A DNA stretch of 42,340 nt from Pseudohongiellaceae bacterium. GTDB lineage: Bacteria > Planctomycetota > B15-G4. Of the stretch, positions 1 through 11,000 are shown piece after piece. The notes under the pieces were generated by a model. The model saw nothing but the letters and a program-made list of their open reading frames with translations. It was not told the DNA's origin and ran no database searches. The translations under genes were made by a program, and so were the position numbers. The stretch's first letter is position 1. The number at the start of each line of letters is the position of its first letter. The stretch is taken from assembly GCA_047638635.1 (NCBI GenBank), contig JBLIMM010000003.1:1-42340 (forward strand). Direction: 5' to 3'.

Positions 1-105
1 ATTCGCCACCCGGCGACCAACGAAGAATGCACCTTCGAAGCGCCGATGCCCGACGATATCCAAGCCTTGCTGAAGGTGCTGTCCATCGTGGCCAGTGAAG
101 GCTAA
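1..105 (+). CDS. 3' end of an RluA/RluD-family pseudouridine synthase (partial, runs in from the left edge)
   Basis: Frame 1 reads IRHPATNEECTFEAPMPDDIQALLKVLSIVASEG*, matching the typical RluA-family C-terminus HP.T.E...F.AP.P.D...LL..L. Only 34 codons are visible. Confidence 0.65.
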   Translation: MRHPATNEECTFEAPMPDDIQALLKVLSIVASEG

Positions 106-144
106 GCCGCCACTGTCACCCTTCCTTCGACGATCACAACCTGG

Positions 145-174
145 CACGAGCAACCACGAGCAACCACGAGCAAC
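145..174. repeat. 10-bp tandem repeat CACGAGCAAC x3 directly before the mutase start codon
   Basis: Three exact copies (145-154, 155-164, 165-174), then a degenerate fourth (CATGAGCGAC) that contains the ATG at 176. Confidence 0.9.
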
Positions 175-175
175 C

Positions 176-1813
176 ATGAGCGACTCGCTGAACGCGTGGC
201 TGAACGGCCGCTTCACCCCGGCCCTTCCCACAGGATCTCCCACCGAACGCAAGACCCCCTCGGGCTTGGAGATCGACCCGCTCTACGAAGCTGGGGAGGA
301 GGCCGACCCCGCTCTGGGGCGCCCGGGCGAAGCACCCTTTACCCGTGGTCCCTATCCGAGCATGTACCGCGGTCGCCCGTGGACCATGCGCCAGTACGCC
401 GGGTTCTCCACCGCTGAAGAGACCAACACTCGCTATCGCTTCTTGCTGGAGCGTGGGCAGAGCGGGCTTTCTGTGGCCTTCGACCTGCCCACGCAAATGG
501 GCTACGACCCCGACGCCCCACTGGCGGCTGGGGAGGTGGGCAAGGTGGGTGTGTCCATCGCTTGTCTGGCTGACGTCGAGCGCCTGTTCGAGGGCATCCC
601 CCTGGATAAGGTCTCGATCTCCATGACCATCAACTCCACGGCGCCGGTGCTGCTGGCCTTCTTGGTGGTTGCGGCTAAGCGCCAGGGCACGGACCCGAAG
701 TCCCTGCGGGGCACCTTGCAGAACGATCTGCTCAAGGAGTACATCGCCCGGGGCACCTACCGCTTTCCCCCATCCCCTTCGTTGCGTTTGGTGACGGACG
801 TGATTGCGTGGTGCCACGAGGAACTGCCCCGCTTCAACCCGATTTCGATCAGCGGCTACCACATGCGCGAGGCGGGCTGCACGGCCCCCCAAGAGCTGGC
901 TTTCACCCTGAGCAACGGCCTGGAGTATGTGCGCGGAGCTGTGGAGCGCGGTCTCGACGTGAATGACTTCGCCGGTCAGCTCTCGTTCTTCTTCAACGCG
1001 CACAACGACTTCTTCGAAGAGATCGCCAAATTTCGGGCGGCCCGGCGCATGTGGGCACGATTGTTGGCCGAGCGCTTTGGGGCCACCTCTGAAAAGGCCA
1101 TGCGCCTGCGTTTTCATACCCAGACTGCTGGCTCGACCCTGACCAGTCAGCAGCCGGATGTGAACGTGGTGAGGGTCACGCTGCAAGCGTTGGCCGCGGT
1201 GATGGGCGGCACCCAATCTCTGCACACGAACAGTCGAGACGAAGCTCTGGGGCTGCCTACGGCCGAGGCTGCGCTGCTGGCCCTGCGTACGCAGCAGGTG
1301 ATTGCCGAAGAGAGTGGTGTGACCGCGACCATAGATCCGTTGGGCGGCTCGCCGTTTGTTGAGGCGTTGACTGACCGCGTGGAGGCCGAGGCGCTAGAGC
1401 TGATTGCCGAGATTGACCGCCGTGGCGGCGCTCTCGCTGCCGTGGAGCAGGGTTTCCAGCAGCGGGAGATTCACCACGCGGCCTACGAACATCAGCTCGC
1501 CGTGGATGCCGGTAGCCGGCGCATCGTGGGAGTGAACTGCCACGAAGAGGGTGAGCAGGTGCGGCCACCGATTCTGCAGATCGACGATGCCCTGGGAGTT
1601 CAGCGGTCTGAGGCGTTGAAGGACTGGCGGGCGCAGCGTGACGATGCTCGTTGGTCCGCTGCAATGAACGAGCTGGTGGCAGCTGCTAAGGACGACTCCA
1701 CGAACGTGATGCCGGCGCTGGTGAAGGCCGTCGAGGCTGGCGCCACCGTGGGTGAGGTTTGCTCCCGACTGGAACAGCTGTTCGGTCGCTATGAGCCGAC
1801 CATCACGATTTGA
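176..1813 (+). CDS. Methylmalonyl-CoA mutase, catalytic (substrate-binding, N-terminal domain) subunit
   Basis: Motifs [80 protein letters not shown]. Tyr in RQYAG and Arg in IARG are the methylmalonyl-type specificity residues. No DxHxxG B12-binding domain. ATG 176 preferred over GTG 95, which overlaps the upstream gene. Confidence 0.92.
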   Translation: MSDSLNAWLNGRFTPALPTGSPTERKTPSGLEIDPLYEAGEEADPALGRPGEAPFTRGPYPSMYRGRPWTMRQYAGFSTAEETNTRYRFLLERGQSGLSVAFDLPTQMGYDPDAPLAAGEVGKVGVSIACLADVERLFEGIPLDKVSISMTINSTAPVLLAFLVVAAKRQGTDPKSLRGTLQNDLLKEYIARGTYRFPPSPSLRLVTDVIAWCHEELPRFNPISISGYHMREAGCTAPQELAFTLSNGLEYVRGAVERGLDVNDFAGQLSFFFNAHNDFFEEIAKFRAARRMWARLLAERFGATSEKAMRLRFHTQTAGSTLTSQQPDVNVVRVTLQALAAVMGGTQSLHTNSRDEALGLPTAEAALLALRTQQVIAEESGVTATIDPLGGSPFVEALTDRVEAEALELIAEIDRRGGALAAVEQGFQQREIHHAAYEHQLAVDAGSRRIVGVNCHEEGEQVRPPILQIDDALGVQRSEALKDWRAQRDDARWSAAMNELVAAAKDDSTNVMPALVKAVEAGATVGEVCSRLEQLFGRYEPTITI

Positions 1814-1968
1814 TCAGCGGCGCCTGAAACAACGAAAAACACTACAGCTGGCCCGTGACGATCGTGGTTCCTTATCGGTACGATAGGCGGTTGCCCGGAG
1901 GCGCAAATTTACAGTGCCCGGGACAACTCTCAAGACCCCCCAAGTGGGGTGAATTAAGGAACCCAACC

Positions 1969-3075
1969 ATGTTGTCCGTGAACGAACTGATGAACCCTGA
2001 GCCGCGCACTGTGCGGCCCGAAGACTCCCTGACCAAAGCTGCCCAAGCCCTTTGGGACGGTGACTGCGGCGGCCTAGCCGTTGTGGACGATGAGCTGCAT
2101 CCTGTGGGCTTTCTCACTGACCGGGACATCGCCATGTCCGGGGCCATTCAGGGTCTACCCCTGCATGATTTGACGGTCTCGTCTTCGATGACGGGGCGCT
2201 GTGTCACGGTGACGGCTGGCGCCAGCATGCAGCAGCTGCACGGGCTCCTGCGCGAGCACAAGATGCGTCGTCTGCCTGTGGTCGATGAAAGCGGCGTGCT
2301 GGTAGGCGTGGTGGGTGTGTCCGACCTCGTCAGCTACGTGGCCAGCAAGCCCCGGGCCACGAAGGAAGCTGCAGAACTCCGCAGCACATTGGGTGAGTTG
2401 TCCCACTCGGGTTTGGCTGAGCGCCTGGCAGCCCCGAAGGCCAAGACCGCAGGCAAGACCGCAGGCAAGACCGCAGGCAAGACCGCAGGCAAGGCCAAGA
2501 AGAAGGCCAAGGCTGTGAGCCAGCAGATGACTCTGAACATGGGCCAGACGACCACAGCCACCAAGAAGCCCGCGAGTCGTCGCAAGGCTGCAGCCAAGCC
2601 TGCCGTGAAGTCGGCCGCGAAGCCTGCCTCGAAGACGGCCGTGAAAGCTGCCGTGAAGTCGGCCGTGAAGTCGGCACCGAAGAGAGTCGTGAAGGCTAGC
2701 GCGAAGAAAGCGGTGAAGGCCGTCGCGACAGTTAGCGCGAAGGCAGCGGGGAAGGCCGCGGGGAAGGCCGCGGGGAAGACCACCCAGAAGGCCACCAAGA
2801 AGACCGTACTGAAAGCGTCCGGTAAGGCAGTGGCCAAGAAAACCGCAGTGAAGGCCGCAGTAAAGACCGCAGTAAAGACCGCAGTGAAGGCCGCACCGAG
2901 AGCTTCCGGCAAGGGACTGGCCAAGAAGACCGCGGTGAAGGCTGGCGCCAAGACTGCCTCGAAGCCAGTGGTCAAGTCAGCAGTCAAGACGGTGATGAAG
3001 GCGAAGCCCAACACCCGCCGTGGCAGCAAGGGCGCAGCTAAGGCTCAGGACAAGGGCCGCAGCGCCGGCGCCTGA
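1969..3075 (+). CDS. CBS-pair protein fused to a ~210-aa Lys/Ala-rich histone-H1-like tail
   Basis: AAGGA SD at 1956-1960 before ATG 1969. Two CBS repeats (VNELM...GLAVVD...VGFLTDRDI; VSSSMT...RRLPVVDESGVLVGVVGVSDL), then KTAG/KAAG/AVKx repeats to the stop. Confidence 0.85.
   Translation: MLSVNELMNPEPRTVRPEDSLTKAAQALWDGDCGGLAVVDDELHPVGFLTDRDIAMSGAIQGLPLHDLTVSSSMTGRCVTVTAGASMQQLHGLLREHKMRRLPVVDESGVLVGVVGVSDLVSYVASKPRATKEAAELRSTLGELSHSGLAERLAAPKAKTAGKTAGKTAGKTAGKAKKKAKAVSQQMTLNMGQTTTATKKPASRRKAAAKPAVKSAAKPASKTAVKAAVKSAVKSAPKRVVKASAKKAVKAVATVSAKAAGKAAGKAAGKTTQKATKKTVLKASGKAVAKKTAVKAAVKTAVKTAVKAAPRASGKGLAKKTAVKAGAKTASKPVVKSAVKTVMKAKPNTRRGSKGAAKAQDKGRSAGA
2443..2490 (+). repeat. In-frame 12-bp tandem repeat AAGACCGCAGGC x4 (KTAG x4)
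   Basis: Four exact copies at the start of the basic tail. Confidence 0.9.
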
Positions 3076-3156
3076 TCTACCTCTGATCTGCCTCTGAACT
3101 GAGAAGTCCCCCGGGGTGCTTGTGGGTTGGCCGGGGGACTTCTGTGTATCCGGGGC

Positions 3157-3231
3157 CCTGCCTTGGAACCCTGTGCCTGCCTTGGAACCCTGTGCCTGCC
3201 TTGGAGCCCTGTGCCTGCGTCGGAGCCCTGT
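3157..3231. repeat. 19-bp tandem repeat CCTGCCTTGGAACCCTGTG x4 (progressively degenerate) between convergent genes
   Basis: Copies start at 3157 and 3176 (identical), 3195 (1 mismatch) and 3214 (more diverged). No spacers. Confidence 0.9.
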
Positions 3232-3380
3232 AGCGGCCTGTTGGTTCGGAGCCAGTCGGGCCTTGTTGCGGCCTGTTCGAGCCTTCAGGCGTGGCCTTGG
3301 GGCCCGCTGCAGCCCTTGTCACACCCGGTGTCTTCAGCTGTGCTGCCACCGGTGCCGAGCCAACCAGCGGTGTCTCTGCC

Positions 3381-4187
3381 CTACTCCAGGTCGAGCGGGC
3401 GCACCCAGATGTTGCGGTAGCGCACCGGGTTTCCGTGGTCTTGCAGGCGAATCGGCCCTGTGTCGTCGTGGGGCTCGTAGCTGGCCACGCGCTTGTGGGC
3501 TGTCTGTCCGATGAACTGCCGGTCGTGGTGCACGACCACACCGTTGTGGATCACCGTGACCGCTGCGGGGGACAGCAGCGTATCGCCGTCGAAGCGCGGC
3601 GCCCGAAAGACGATGTCGTAGGTCTGCCACTCGCCAGGACCGCGGCTGGCATTGACGGCGGGTGGATACTGCCCGTACATCGCTGCGGCCTGTCCATCGG
3701 AGTAGGTGCGATTCTCGAAGCTGTCGAGCACCTGAATCTCGTAGCGGCCCATGAAGAACACGCCGCTATTGCCGCGTCCTTGGCTCTCGCTGGCCCCGTC
3801 GCTGGGGGAGGCCCATTCGATATGCAGCTGCACATCCCCAAATTGCTCTCGAGTTTGGATGTCGCCGGTGCTGTTCACTTGCGCGGCGCCACCGACGATG
3901 TCCCATCCGGCTGGGCCCGTGCCATTCTCCCAAGCTGCCAGGTCGGTGCCGTCGAACAGCACCAGAGCATCGCTTGGTGCCGCGCCCCGCTCTCCGGGGT
4001 CAACGATCGCAGGGGCGGGCCGGGCAGAATCGTGGACGCGCCACAGGCCTCCGGGCAAGAACGGCGTGTCGTCATAGCCCGGTGACTCGTCCGCAGCGGC
4101 GACTGCAGGGGGATCGGGGGCAAAGGACGAAGCTACCGCCATGATGGCGAGGGAGCAGACCAAAACGATACGCAAGGGGCGGGACAT
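3381..4187 (-). CDS. DUF1080 / 3-keto-disaccharide hydrolase family exported protein
   Basis: Signal peptide MSRPLRIVLVCSLAIMAVASS with GGAG SD. Motifs LFDGTDL..W, FGDVQLHIEW, GNSGVF...YEIQVLD, GEWQTYDI, GPIRLQDHGNPVRYRNIW. Confidence 0.9.
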   Translation of the reverse strand: MSRPLRIVLVCSLAIMAVASSFAPDPPAVAAADESPGYDDTPFLPGGLWRVHDSARPAPAIVDPGERGAAPSDALVLFDGTDLAAWENGTGPAGWDIVGGAAQVNSTGDIQTREQFGDVQLHIEWASPSDGASESQGRGNSGVFFMGRYEIQVLDSFENRTYSDGQAAAMYGQYPPAVNASRGPGEWQTYDIVFRAPRFDGDTLLSPAAVTVIHNGVVVHHDRQFIGQTAHKRVASYEPHDDTGPIRLQDHGNPVRYRNIWVRPLDLE

Positions 4188-4362
4188 AGGTGCGGACTCC
4201 GCTGATCCTGATAATCCGGGGGCTGCCAGCATGGCCCTTGGCCGCCGCCATGACTAGACCGGAGTTCTCCTGAGCGCGGTTTGGAGACGGTCGGTGAGGC
4301 GTGCCAGCTGGGAGAACAGCAGGGATGACAAAAAGGATGGCCGAGGGGTTGGCAGCAGGCAG

Positions 4363-4391
4363 CAGACTCAGCGGCTCCTCGTTCCTATAAT
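4363..4391 (+). promoter_or_regulatory. Putative sigma70-type promoter for the carboxylase operon
   Basis: Perfect TATAAT at 4386-4391 in a GC-rich intergenic region, 65 nt before ATG 4457. Weak -35 (CAGACT) at 17-nt spacing. Confidence 0.45.
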
Positions 4392-4456
4392 CTCGCTCCA
4401 CCTATCGACCTGACAGTCATGTCGGTGGGCCTTGAGACCCAGGCTCCGGAGCCAAG

Positions 4457-5995
4457 ATGTCCGACCGCGTTGAAGACATGCGCCGCCGCAATGAAGCGGC
4501 CCTCGAAGGTGGGGGCAAGCGTCGCGTCGAGGCCCAGCACGAGCGGGGCAAGCTGACTGCCCGAGAGCGCATCGACTTGCTCCTGGACGAAGGCTCGTTT
4601 CAAGAGTACGGCCGCCTGATTCGGGGGCGCATTGACTCCTTCGGCTACAAGCCCGTGCCGACCGATGGCGTGGTGACGGGTTTCGGCACCATCGATGGTC
4701 GTCCCGTGGCGGTCTTTAGCCAAGACTTCACCATTAGTGGTGGCTCGCTCGGGGAGGCGCATGCCGCCAAGATCGTGGCCTTGATGGAGAAGGCTCTCAA
4801 GGTGGGTGTTCCGGTGGTGGGGCTCAACGATAGCGGCGGTGCGCGCATTCAAGAGGGTGTGGCTTCGCTCGGTGGCTACGCGGACATCTTCCTGCGCAAC
4901 ACCAAGGCCAGTGGCGTGATCCCCCAGCTGTCGGCGGTCATGGGACCCTGTGCCGGCGGTGCGGTTTACAGCCCGGCGATCACCGACTTCATCGTCATGG
5001 TCGAGAAGACCTCGTACATGTTCGTGACGGGGCCGAACGTGGTGAAGACGGTCACCCACGAAGAGGTCACCAGCGAAGAGTTGGGCGGGGCCATGACCCA
5101 CGCAGCCAAGAGCGGTGTGGCGCACTTTCGTACGGGGAACGACGCCGAGTGCCTGTCGCTCATGCGCAAGCTGATCAGCTACCTGCCTCTGAATAATCGC
5201 GAAGACCCTCCGCGGGTCGCTTGCCTCGACGATGCAGCGCGGGCTGACACAGCACTCGACACCTTGGTGCCGGACAACCCCAACAAGCCTTACGACATTC
5301 GCGAAGTGATCACTCGAGTCATGGACGACGGCGAGTTTCTTGAGGTGCACGCCGACTTCGCCGGAAACATCGTGGTGGGCTTTGCTCGGCTTGATGGACG
5401 CACAGTGGGCGTGATCGGCAACCAACCTATGGTGCTGGCGGGCGTGCTCGATATCGACAGCAGCGACAAGGGTGCACGCTTCGTTCGCTTCTGCGACGCG
5501 TTCAATATCCCCTTAGTGACCTTCGAAGATGTGCCTGGGTTCTTGCCGGGCACAGCTCAAGAGTACGGCGGCATTATTCGCCACGGCGCCAAGTTGCTCT
5601 ACGCGTACTGCGAGGCGACGGTGCCGAAGATCACCGTGATTTGTCGCAAGGCTTACGGCGGCGCTTACGACGTGATGAGCAGCAAGCATATTGGAGCCGA
5701 CCTCAACCTCGCTTGGCCTACTGCAGAGATTGCTGTGATGGGCGCGAAGGGTGCGGTGGAGATCATCTTCCGCCGAGATATCGCCGAGGCCGAAGACAAG
5801 GATGCGCGCCTCGAGGAGTTGGTGAGCGACTACGAAGAGAAGTTCGCGAACCCCTACGCTGCCGCTGAGCGGGGCTACGTTGACGCCGTGATCGAGCCTC
5901 ACGAAACGCGGCCGCGATTGATCGCGGCGCTGCGGTTGCTCGAGACCAAACGGGACAAGAATCCGCCGAAGAAGCACGGGAACATCCCGCTTTAA
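4457..5995 (+). CDS. pccB: Acyl-CoA (propionyl-CoA) carboxylase carboxyltransferase beta subunit
   Basis: [59 protein letters not shown]-terminal KKHGNIPL. Confidence 0.92.
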   Translation: MSDRVEDMRRRNEAALEGGGKRRVEAQHERGKLTARERIDLLLDEGSFQEYGRLIRGRIDSFGYKPVPTDGVVTGFGTIDGRPVAVFSQDFTISGGSLGEAHAAKIVALMEKALKVGVPVVGLNDSGGARIQEGVASLGGYADIFLRNTKASGVIPQLSAVMGPCAGGAVYSPAITDFIVMVEKTSYMFVTGPNVVKTVTHEEVTSEELGGAMTHAAKSGVAHFRTGNDAECLSLMRKLISYLPLNNREDPPRVACLDDAARADTALDTLVPDNPNKPYDIREVITRVMDDGEFLEVHADFAGNIVVGFARLDGRTVGVIGNQPMVLAGVLDIDSSDKGARFVRFCDAFNIPLVTFEDVPGFLPGTAQEYGGIIRHGAKLLYAYCEATVPKITVICRKAYGGAYDVMSSKHIGADLNLAWPTAEIAVMGAKGAVEIIFRRDIAEAEDKDARLEELVSDYEEKFANPYAAAERGYVDAVIEPHETRPRLIAALRLLETKRDKNPPKKHGNIPL

Positions 5996-6006
5996 GGGGG
6001 CCGGTT

Positions 6007-7557
6007 ATGACGACGACGAACGCAGGACGACCTATCCAGAAGATCCTCGTGGCGAACCGGGGCGAGATCGCCTTTCGGGTGATGCGCACGTGTCGCGAAA
6101 TGGGCATTCGGTCCGTGGCCGTGTATTCCGATGCGGACCGATCGGCGCTCCATGTGCGGGCGGCCTACCAGGCCGTGCGCATTGGGCCGGCGCCCAGTGC
6201 TGAGAGCTACTTGCGCCCCGAGGCGATTCTCAAGGCGGCGAAAGAGACCGGCGCCGATGCCATTCACCCGGGTTTCGGCTTCCTTTCTGAGAACGCCGCA
6301 TTCGTTCGTGAAGTGCGTGCGGCAGGGCTGATCTTTGTGGGCCCGTCAGCCGAAGCCATGGAGGCCATGGGTGACAAGATCGAAGCTCGCCGGCGGATGA
6401 TTGCTGCGGGAGTTCCCGTGGTCCCCGGAACTTCCGATCCCGCTGAGAGCGACGAGCAACTCATCGAAGAAGCGCGGGATATCGGCTACCCGGTGATGAT
6501 CAAGGCCAGTGCCGGCGGCGGTGGCAAGGGCATTCGCATTGTCCGCGAAGAGGGCGAGTTGTTGTCTTTGGCCAAGCGCGCATCGAGCGAGGCTGCGACG
6601 GCTTTTGGCAACGGGGCCATCTATATCGAGAAGTTCTTAGAAGAGCCCAGGCACATCGAGGTGCAGGTCTTTGGGGACAGCCACGGCAACGTGGTGCACC
6701 TTGGTGAGCGGGAGTGTTCTATTCAGCGTCGGCACCAGAAAGTGATCGAAGAGCGTCCGTCTGTGATCGTCGACGACGACTTGCGCGCGGCCATGGGCGC
6801 CTCGGCTGTACGCGCCGCAAAGTCCATTGGCTATGAAGGGGCGGGGACCCTCGAGTTCTTGGTGGACAAGCACAAGAAGCACTACATGCTGGAGATGAAC
6901 ACCCGGCTGCAAGTGGAGCACCCGATTACCGAGATGACAAGTGGCATCGATTTGGTGCGCTGGCAGATCTTGGTGGCTCAGGGGGAGCCGCTGCCCCTCG
7001 CTCAAGATCAGATCGAGCTTCAGGGTCATTCGATCGAGTGCCGCATCTACGCTGAAGATGCCGACAACGGTTTCTTGCCAGCGACTGGCCGCGTAGATCG
7101 CCTGGAGATGCCTTCAGGGCCGGGGGTGCGCGTTGACTCTGCCTTGTACGACGGCATGGAGGTCGGTCTGTACTACGACCCGATGTTGGCCAAGGTGTCT
7201 GTGCACGGTGCCGATCGCGAGGAAGCCATGGGGCGCATGGCTCGGGCGCTCACTGAAGTGACCATCACTGGTGTGACAACCAACCTGCCTTTCTTGCGCA
7301 GGGTGCTGGCCAGCGACCCGTTCCGCAGCGGCCGCTATGACACCAGCACGATCGAGTCTCAGCCCGAACTTTTCGCGCCGAAGCTCTCAGAACGCCGTGA
7401 ACGCTCAGTGGCCATGATGGCCGGGTTGATGGCCCATGTTCTCCGGCGTCGGCGAGGCTTCGTTGATCGCAACGGTGGCTCGCCTTCTGCTGAGGCGCCC
7501 CGGTCAGGTTCTCGAGGCAGTTGGGTCGATGCTTTTCGCCCCGGAGGTGACTCATGA
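6007..7557 (+). CDS. Biotin carboxylase subunit of the acyl-CoA carboxylase
   Basis: KILVANRGEIA, IHPGFGFLSEN, KASAGGGGKG, ERECSIQRRHQK, EMNTRLQVEHP, YYDPMLAK. Confidence 0.93.
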   Translation: MTTTNAGRPIQKILVANRGEIAFRVMRTCREMGIRSVAVYSDADRSALHVRAAYQAVRIGPAPSAESYLRPEAILKAAKETGADAIHPGFGFLSENAAFVREVRAAGLIFVGPSAEAMEAMGDKIEARRRMIAAGVPVVPGTSDPAESDEQLIEEARDIGYPVMIKASAGGGGKGIRIVREEGELLSLAKRASSEAATAFGNGAIYIEKFLEEPRHIEVQVFGDSHGNVVHLGERECSIQRRHQKVIEERPSVIVDDDLRAAMGASAVRAAKSIGYEGAGTLEFLVDKHKKHYMLEMNTRLQVEHPITEMTSGIDLVRWQILVAQGEPLPLAQDQIELQGHSIECRIYAEDADNGFLPATGRVDRLEMPSGPGVRVDSALYDGMEVGLYYDPMLAKVSVHGADREEAMGRMARALTEVTITGVTTNLPFLRRVLASDPFRSGRYDTSTIESQPELFAPKLSERRERSVAMMAGLMAHVLRRRRGFVDRNGGSPSAEAPRSGSRGSWVDAFRPGGDS

Positions 7558-8054
7558 AATACCACGTGCTGATCGGCGATCACCATCACGAAGTCGAGGT
7601 GATGTCTCACCGTGGGCAATGGCGGGTCACTCTCGATGGAGAGACCCTAGAGGTCGATCTCTGCGACCTGGTCGATGGGCGGGCCTACTCCATGCTCCTC
7701 GACGACCGTTCCGTGGATGTAGGCGTGGAAGAATCCGGGAACAACGTGGCCTTGCTCATTGCCGGGCGACGCTACACCACCGAAGTTCTCGGTGAACGTG
7801 AGTGGCTGGCGCGCTCGATTGAGCAAGCCTCTGGGGGCGGCGAGAAGGTCGTCCGCGCCGTGATGACCGGCATCGTTCGCGAAGTCATGGTGAAGCCTGG
7901 GGACACCGTCGAAGCCGGCCAGGTCGTGTTCATCCTCGAAGCGATGAAGATGGAGAACGAGGTGAAGTGCGCCGTGTCCGGCACCGTGACGAGTGTCACG
8001 GTGGAGCCGGGGCTGACGGTCGAACTGGGCCAGGTGGTCGTCGAGATCGAGTAA
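7554..8054 (+). CDS. Biotin carboxyl carrier protein subunit
   Basis: EAMKMENE biotinylation motif. ATGA overlap with the biotin carboxylase gene. Confidence 0.92.
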   Translation: MKYHVLIGDHHHEVEVMSHRGQWRVTLDGETLEVDLCDLVDGRAYSMLLDDRSVDVGVEESGNNVALLIAGRRYTTEVLGEREWLARSIEQASGGGEKVVRAVMTGIVREVMVKPGDTVEAGQVVFILEAMKMENEVKCAVSGTVTSVTVEPGLTVELGQVVVEIE

Positions 8055-8065
8055 GGCTGTCTCGG

Positions 8066-11000
8066 TTAGAGCTGACCGGCGATGCGTTCCATGCTCTGAG
8101 GAGCACCGGGGTCTTCGGCCTGCGCGGTGAAGGCACGCATGGTGATCGCCGCTCCCGCGCGATCGCCGCTGGTCGCTTGCTCAAGGGCTTCGAGCAACAC
8201 CGGGTAGTGCTTGAGGCCGAAGAGCAGTGCGGCGGCTTCGTTGGTCCGGTCGATGGCCAGGGACAGGTCGTTCAGAGCGACGAGGGCTTCGATTTCCAGG
8301 TCGAAGAGCCGCGCCCGGTTGCGGCCAGTGACATCCAGGCCTTCGTTGGTGGCGGCCAGGGCCAGCGTGGCGTTGAAGACTGCCGTGTCACGCTCAAGCA
8401 GGTACTCGGCCTGCCGTTGCAAGATGCTGGCGCGGAGGCTGTTCTGTAGCCCGGGACGATCGTCGTACTGGGCCAACTTGGCGCTGGTCAGGTCGAGGGC
8501 GGACAAAGCCTGGGCCCACTGTCCAAGGCAGGCGTAGGCCCGAGCGCGGTTCACGTCGACGAAGGGGTCAACCTTGCCCGACTCACTCATGAGCTGAGCT
8601 TGGGCTTGGGCTTCGAAGTTCGCCAGAGCTTCGTCGCAGCGGCCCATGCGGAAGAGCAGCAGACCGTAGGTGCGCAACACCTCCGGGCTGGCGGCGTTCT
8701 CAGGATCGATGAGCAGCTGCTCCATGATCTCAAGGCCACGCTCTGGTTGGTTGGCCTTGCCGAAACTCACCGCACGGTTGATGGTCATTTGCACGGGAGC
8801 TTTGCCCAGTTCTTCGAGCTTGGCATTGACCTCTTCCTGCTTCTCCACGTCACCGAGCTTAAAGTAAACCTCAGCCATCAGGGCGTAGCAGGACACGTTG
8901 GGCCGGACGGTAGTCAAGGTCTCAAGAGAGGCCAACGCACCGTCGAGATCATTCAGCTCCATGTAGGCCAGAGCCTTGTAGAACAGAGCCATGGGATGGT
9001 CTGGATCTCGGGCGATGGCCTTGTCGTATTCGACGATGGCGTCCCTGAAGGCGCGCTGCTTCTCGCCCAGGTACCGACCGCGATAGTAGAACGGCGTGGC
9101 CAAGCGATCGTTGAGGTCGATGACCTCTTCGAAGAGCGACATGGCTTCGTCGCGGAGTGCATGGTCTCGACGAGCAGCGGACTGCTCGTACATCACCTCA
9201 GCCTCCATGGCCATGGCGAGCGGACGACCAGCCTTGGTGTTCTTGAGTTTGACCAGAGCGTCTTCGTAGGCCTCGCGATCCTGTGTGCTGACCGAAGCGC
9301 GGGCGTAGGCGGTGAGCAGAGCTACGTGCTCGGGGAACTCGACCAGGGTCTGTTCGAGCAGCGGAACCGTCTCGGCCCAGTTGTCGTTGTTCTGCTGGAT
9401 GCGTACCCAGGCGAGTACGGCGTCCGGGGTATCGGACATGCCCAGGTTCATAGCTTCCTGAAGGTCGGCGAGAGCGCCGTCGATGTCACCGGAAGAGCGC
9501 TTGGACGCCGCCCGCTTACGGAGCACCATCGACTGTACGGCCTTGGCCTGCTCGTTGATCGAACGGGTCATGTCGATGTTGTTGTAAACGTCGGTGTAGG
9601 TGAGGATGGCACGCTCGAAGTTGCGATCGGCGTTGTGCACATCGCCCAGGCGAATAGCGGCCTGGATGAACGAGCCGTCGTCGTCGAGGGCTGACTCAAA
9701 CTGCTTCACGGCTGAGTCGATGCGCCCTTCTGTGGCATAGAGCGACCCCAGCTGGTAGTGCACGCGGGCACTATCGGGGACCACCTTCTCGGCCGACCTG
9801 AACAGGTCCACCGAGTTCTTGAAGTCTTTGTTGCGCTCAAACGTGCGCCAGCCCAAGCAACTCAAGGCGATGACCAGGACAAACAACCCGATGGGGTTGG
9901 TGCCCTTGCCGCCTTCGCCGGAGGCCATCAGGCGGTCGAACACGAAGCCCAAGGCCAAGGCGGCGCCAAGGGTCGGCAGGTACATCAGGCGTTCGGCGAA
10001 GATGGTGCCGATGGGCACGATCATGTTCGAGGTGAAGATGGCGGTGCCGGTGAAGAAGATCAGTCCCCAGCCAAAGGCCGGGCTGCGGCGCAGGGAGACG
10101 AGACCCACGATGAGCAGAGCGCCCACCAAAATCATCCCGGCAAGGGGTTCGGGGTCGCTCCACTGGTTTGAGAGCTTGATGGCGTTGAAGGAGTAGTCGA
10201 CGGACAGGTCCTTCGGCCACAACGTGAGCCAGACGTACTTCGCCAGGAGCTTGAACGAGTTCAGGATGCGCAGATCGGTATCGAGCTTGATCAGCGGGTT
10301 GTCCAGCATGCCGATGGCGTTTTCATCGGGCTGCAGCTTCCCACCGAGCACTCGGTAGCGCAGAGCCACGTGACAGGCCAAGGCCACCATCGAGCCGCCG
10401 TAGACCATGGCGCGATGGGCCAAAGCCAGTCCCCGCCCGCGCAGCGTCCACATGACATCGGTGAGGGCGATGGCTGCGATGACCAGCACAGCGCTCTCTT
10501 TGGCCAGCAGGCCCACGAAGAGAGTGACGATCAGCCCGAAGAGGGCGCCCAATCCCAAAGATCCGTCAGGGCGAATGGCCCGCAGGAAGAACAGCATGCC
10601 CACAAGAACTGTGAGCGTGGCCAGCTGATCTGATAGGCCAGCTACGTATGCCACCGCCTCGCTGTGGAGGGGGTGCAGCGCGTAGATCGCCGCCGCCAGG
10701 AAGGCGACGCGATTCGATTCGAAGAGCTTGGCCACCAGCAAGAAGAACAGCAGCACCACCAACCCGTTCACCAAAATGCTCACCCAGTGATAGGGCACGG
10801 CTTTGGCCAGATTGAACGGCTGGGGCGCCTGATTGAGGATCACAGCCCAAATGAACAGGGTCAGAGGCCGGTAGAGGGCCTGACCGCGCATGGACAGCTC
10901 AGGGGTCTTCTCTGGGTTGACGCCGTTCCAGTACTCCTGATTGAAGAGCTGCAGGCTCGCGCCCAGGTCGTCGACCACGGGAATCATCGACGAGTTCAGC

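Noticed and set aside
106-175. Cobalamin riboswitch upstream of the mutase
   Set aside because: The gap is only 70 nt, mostly tandem repeat, with no B12-box.
3157-3231. Possible CRISPR array
   Set aside because: Units are contiguous 19-mers with no spacers, and there are no cas genes in the window.
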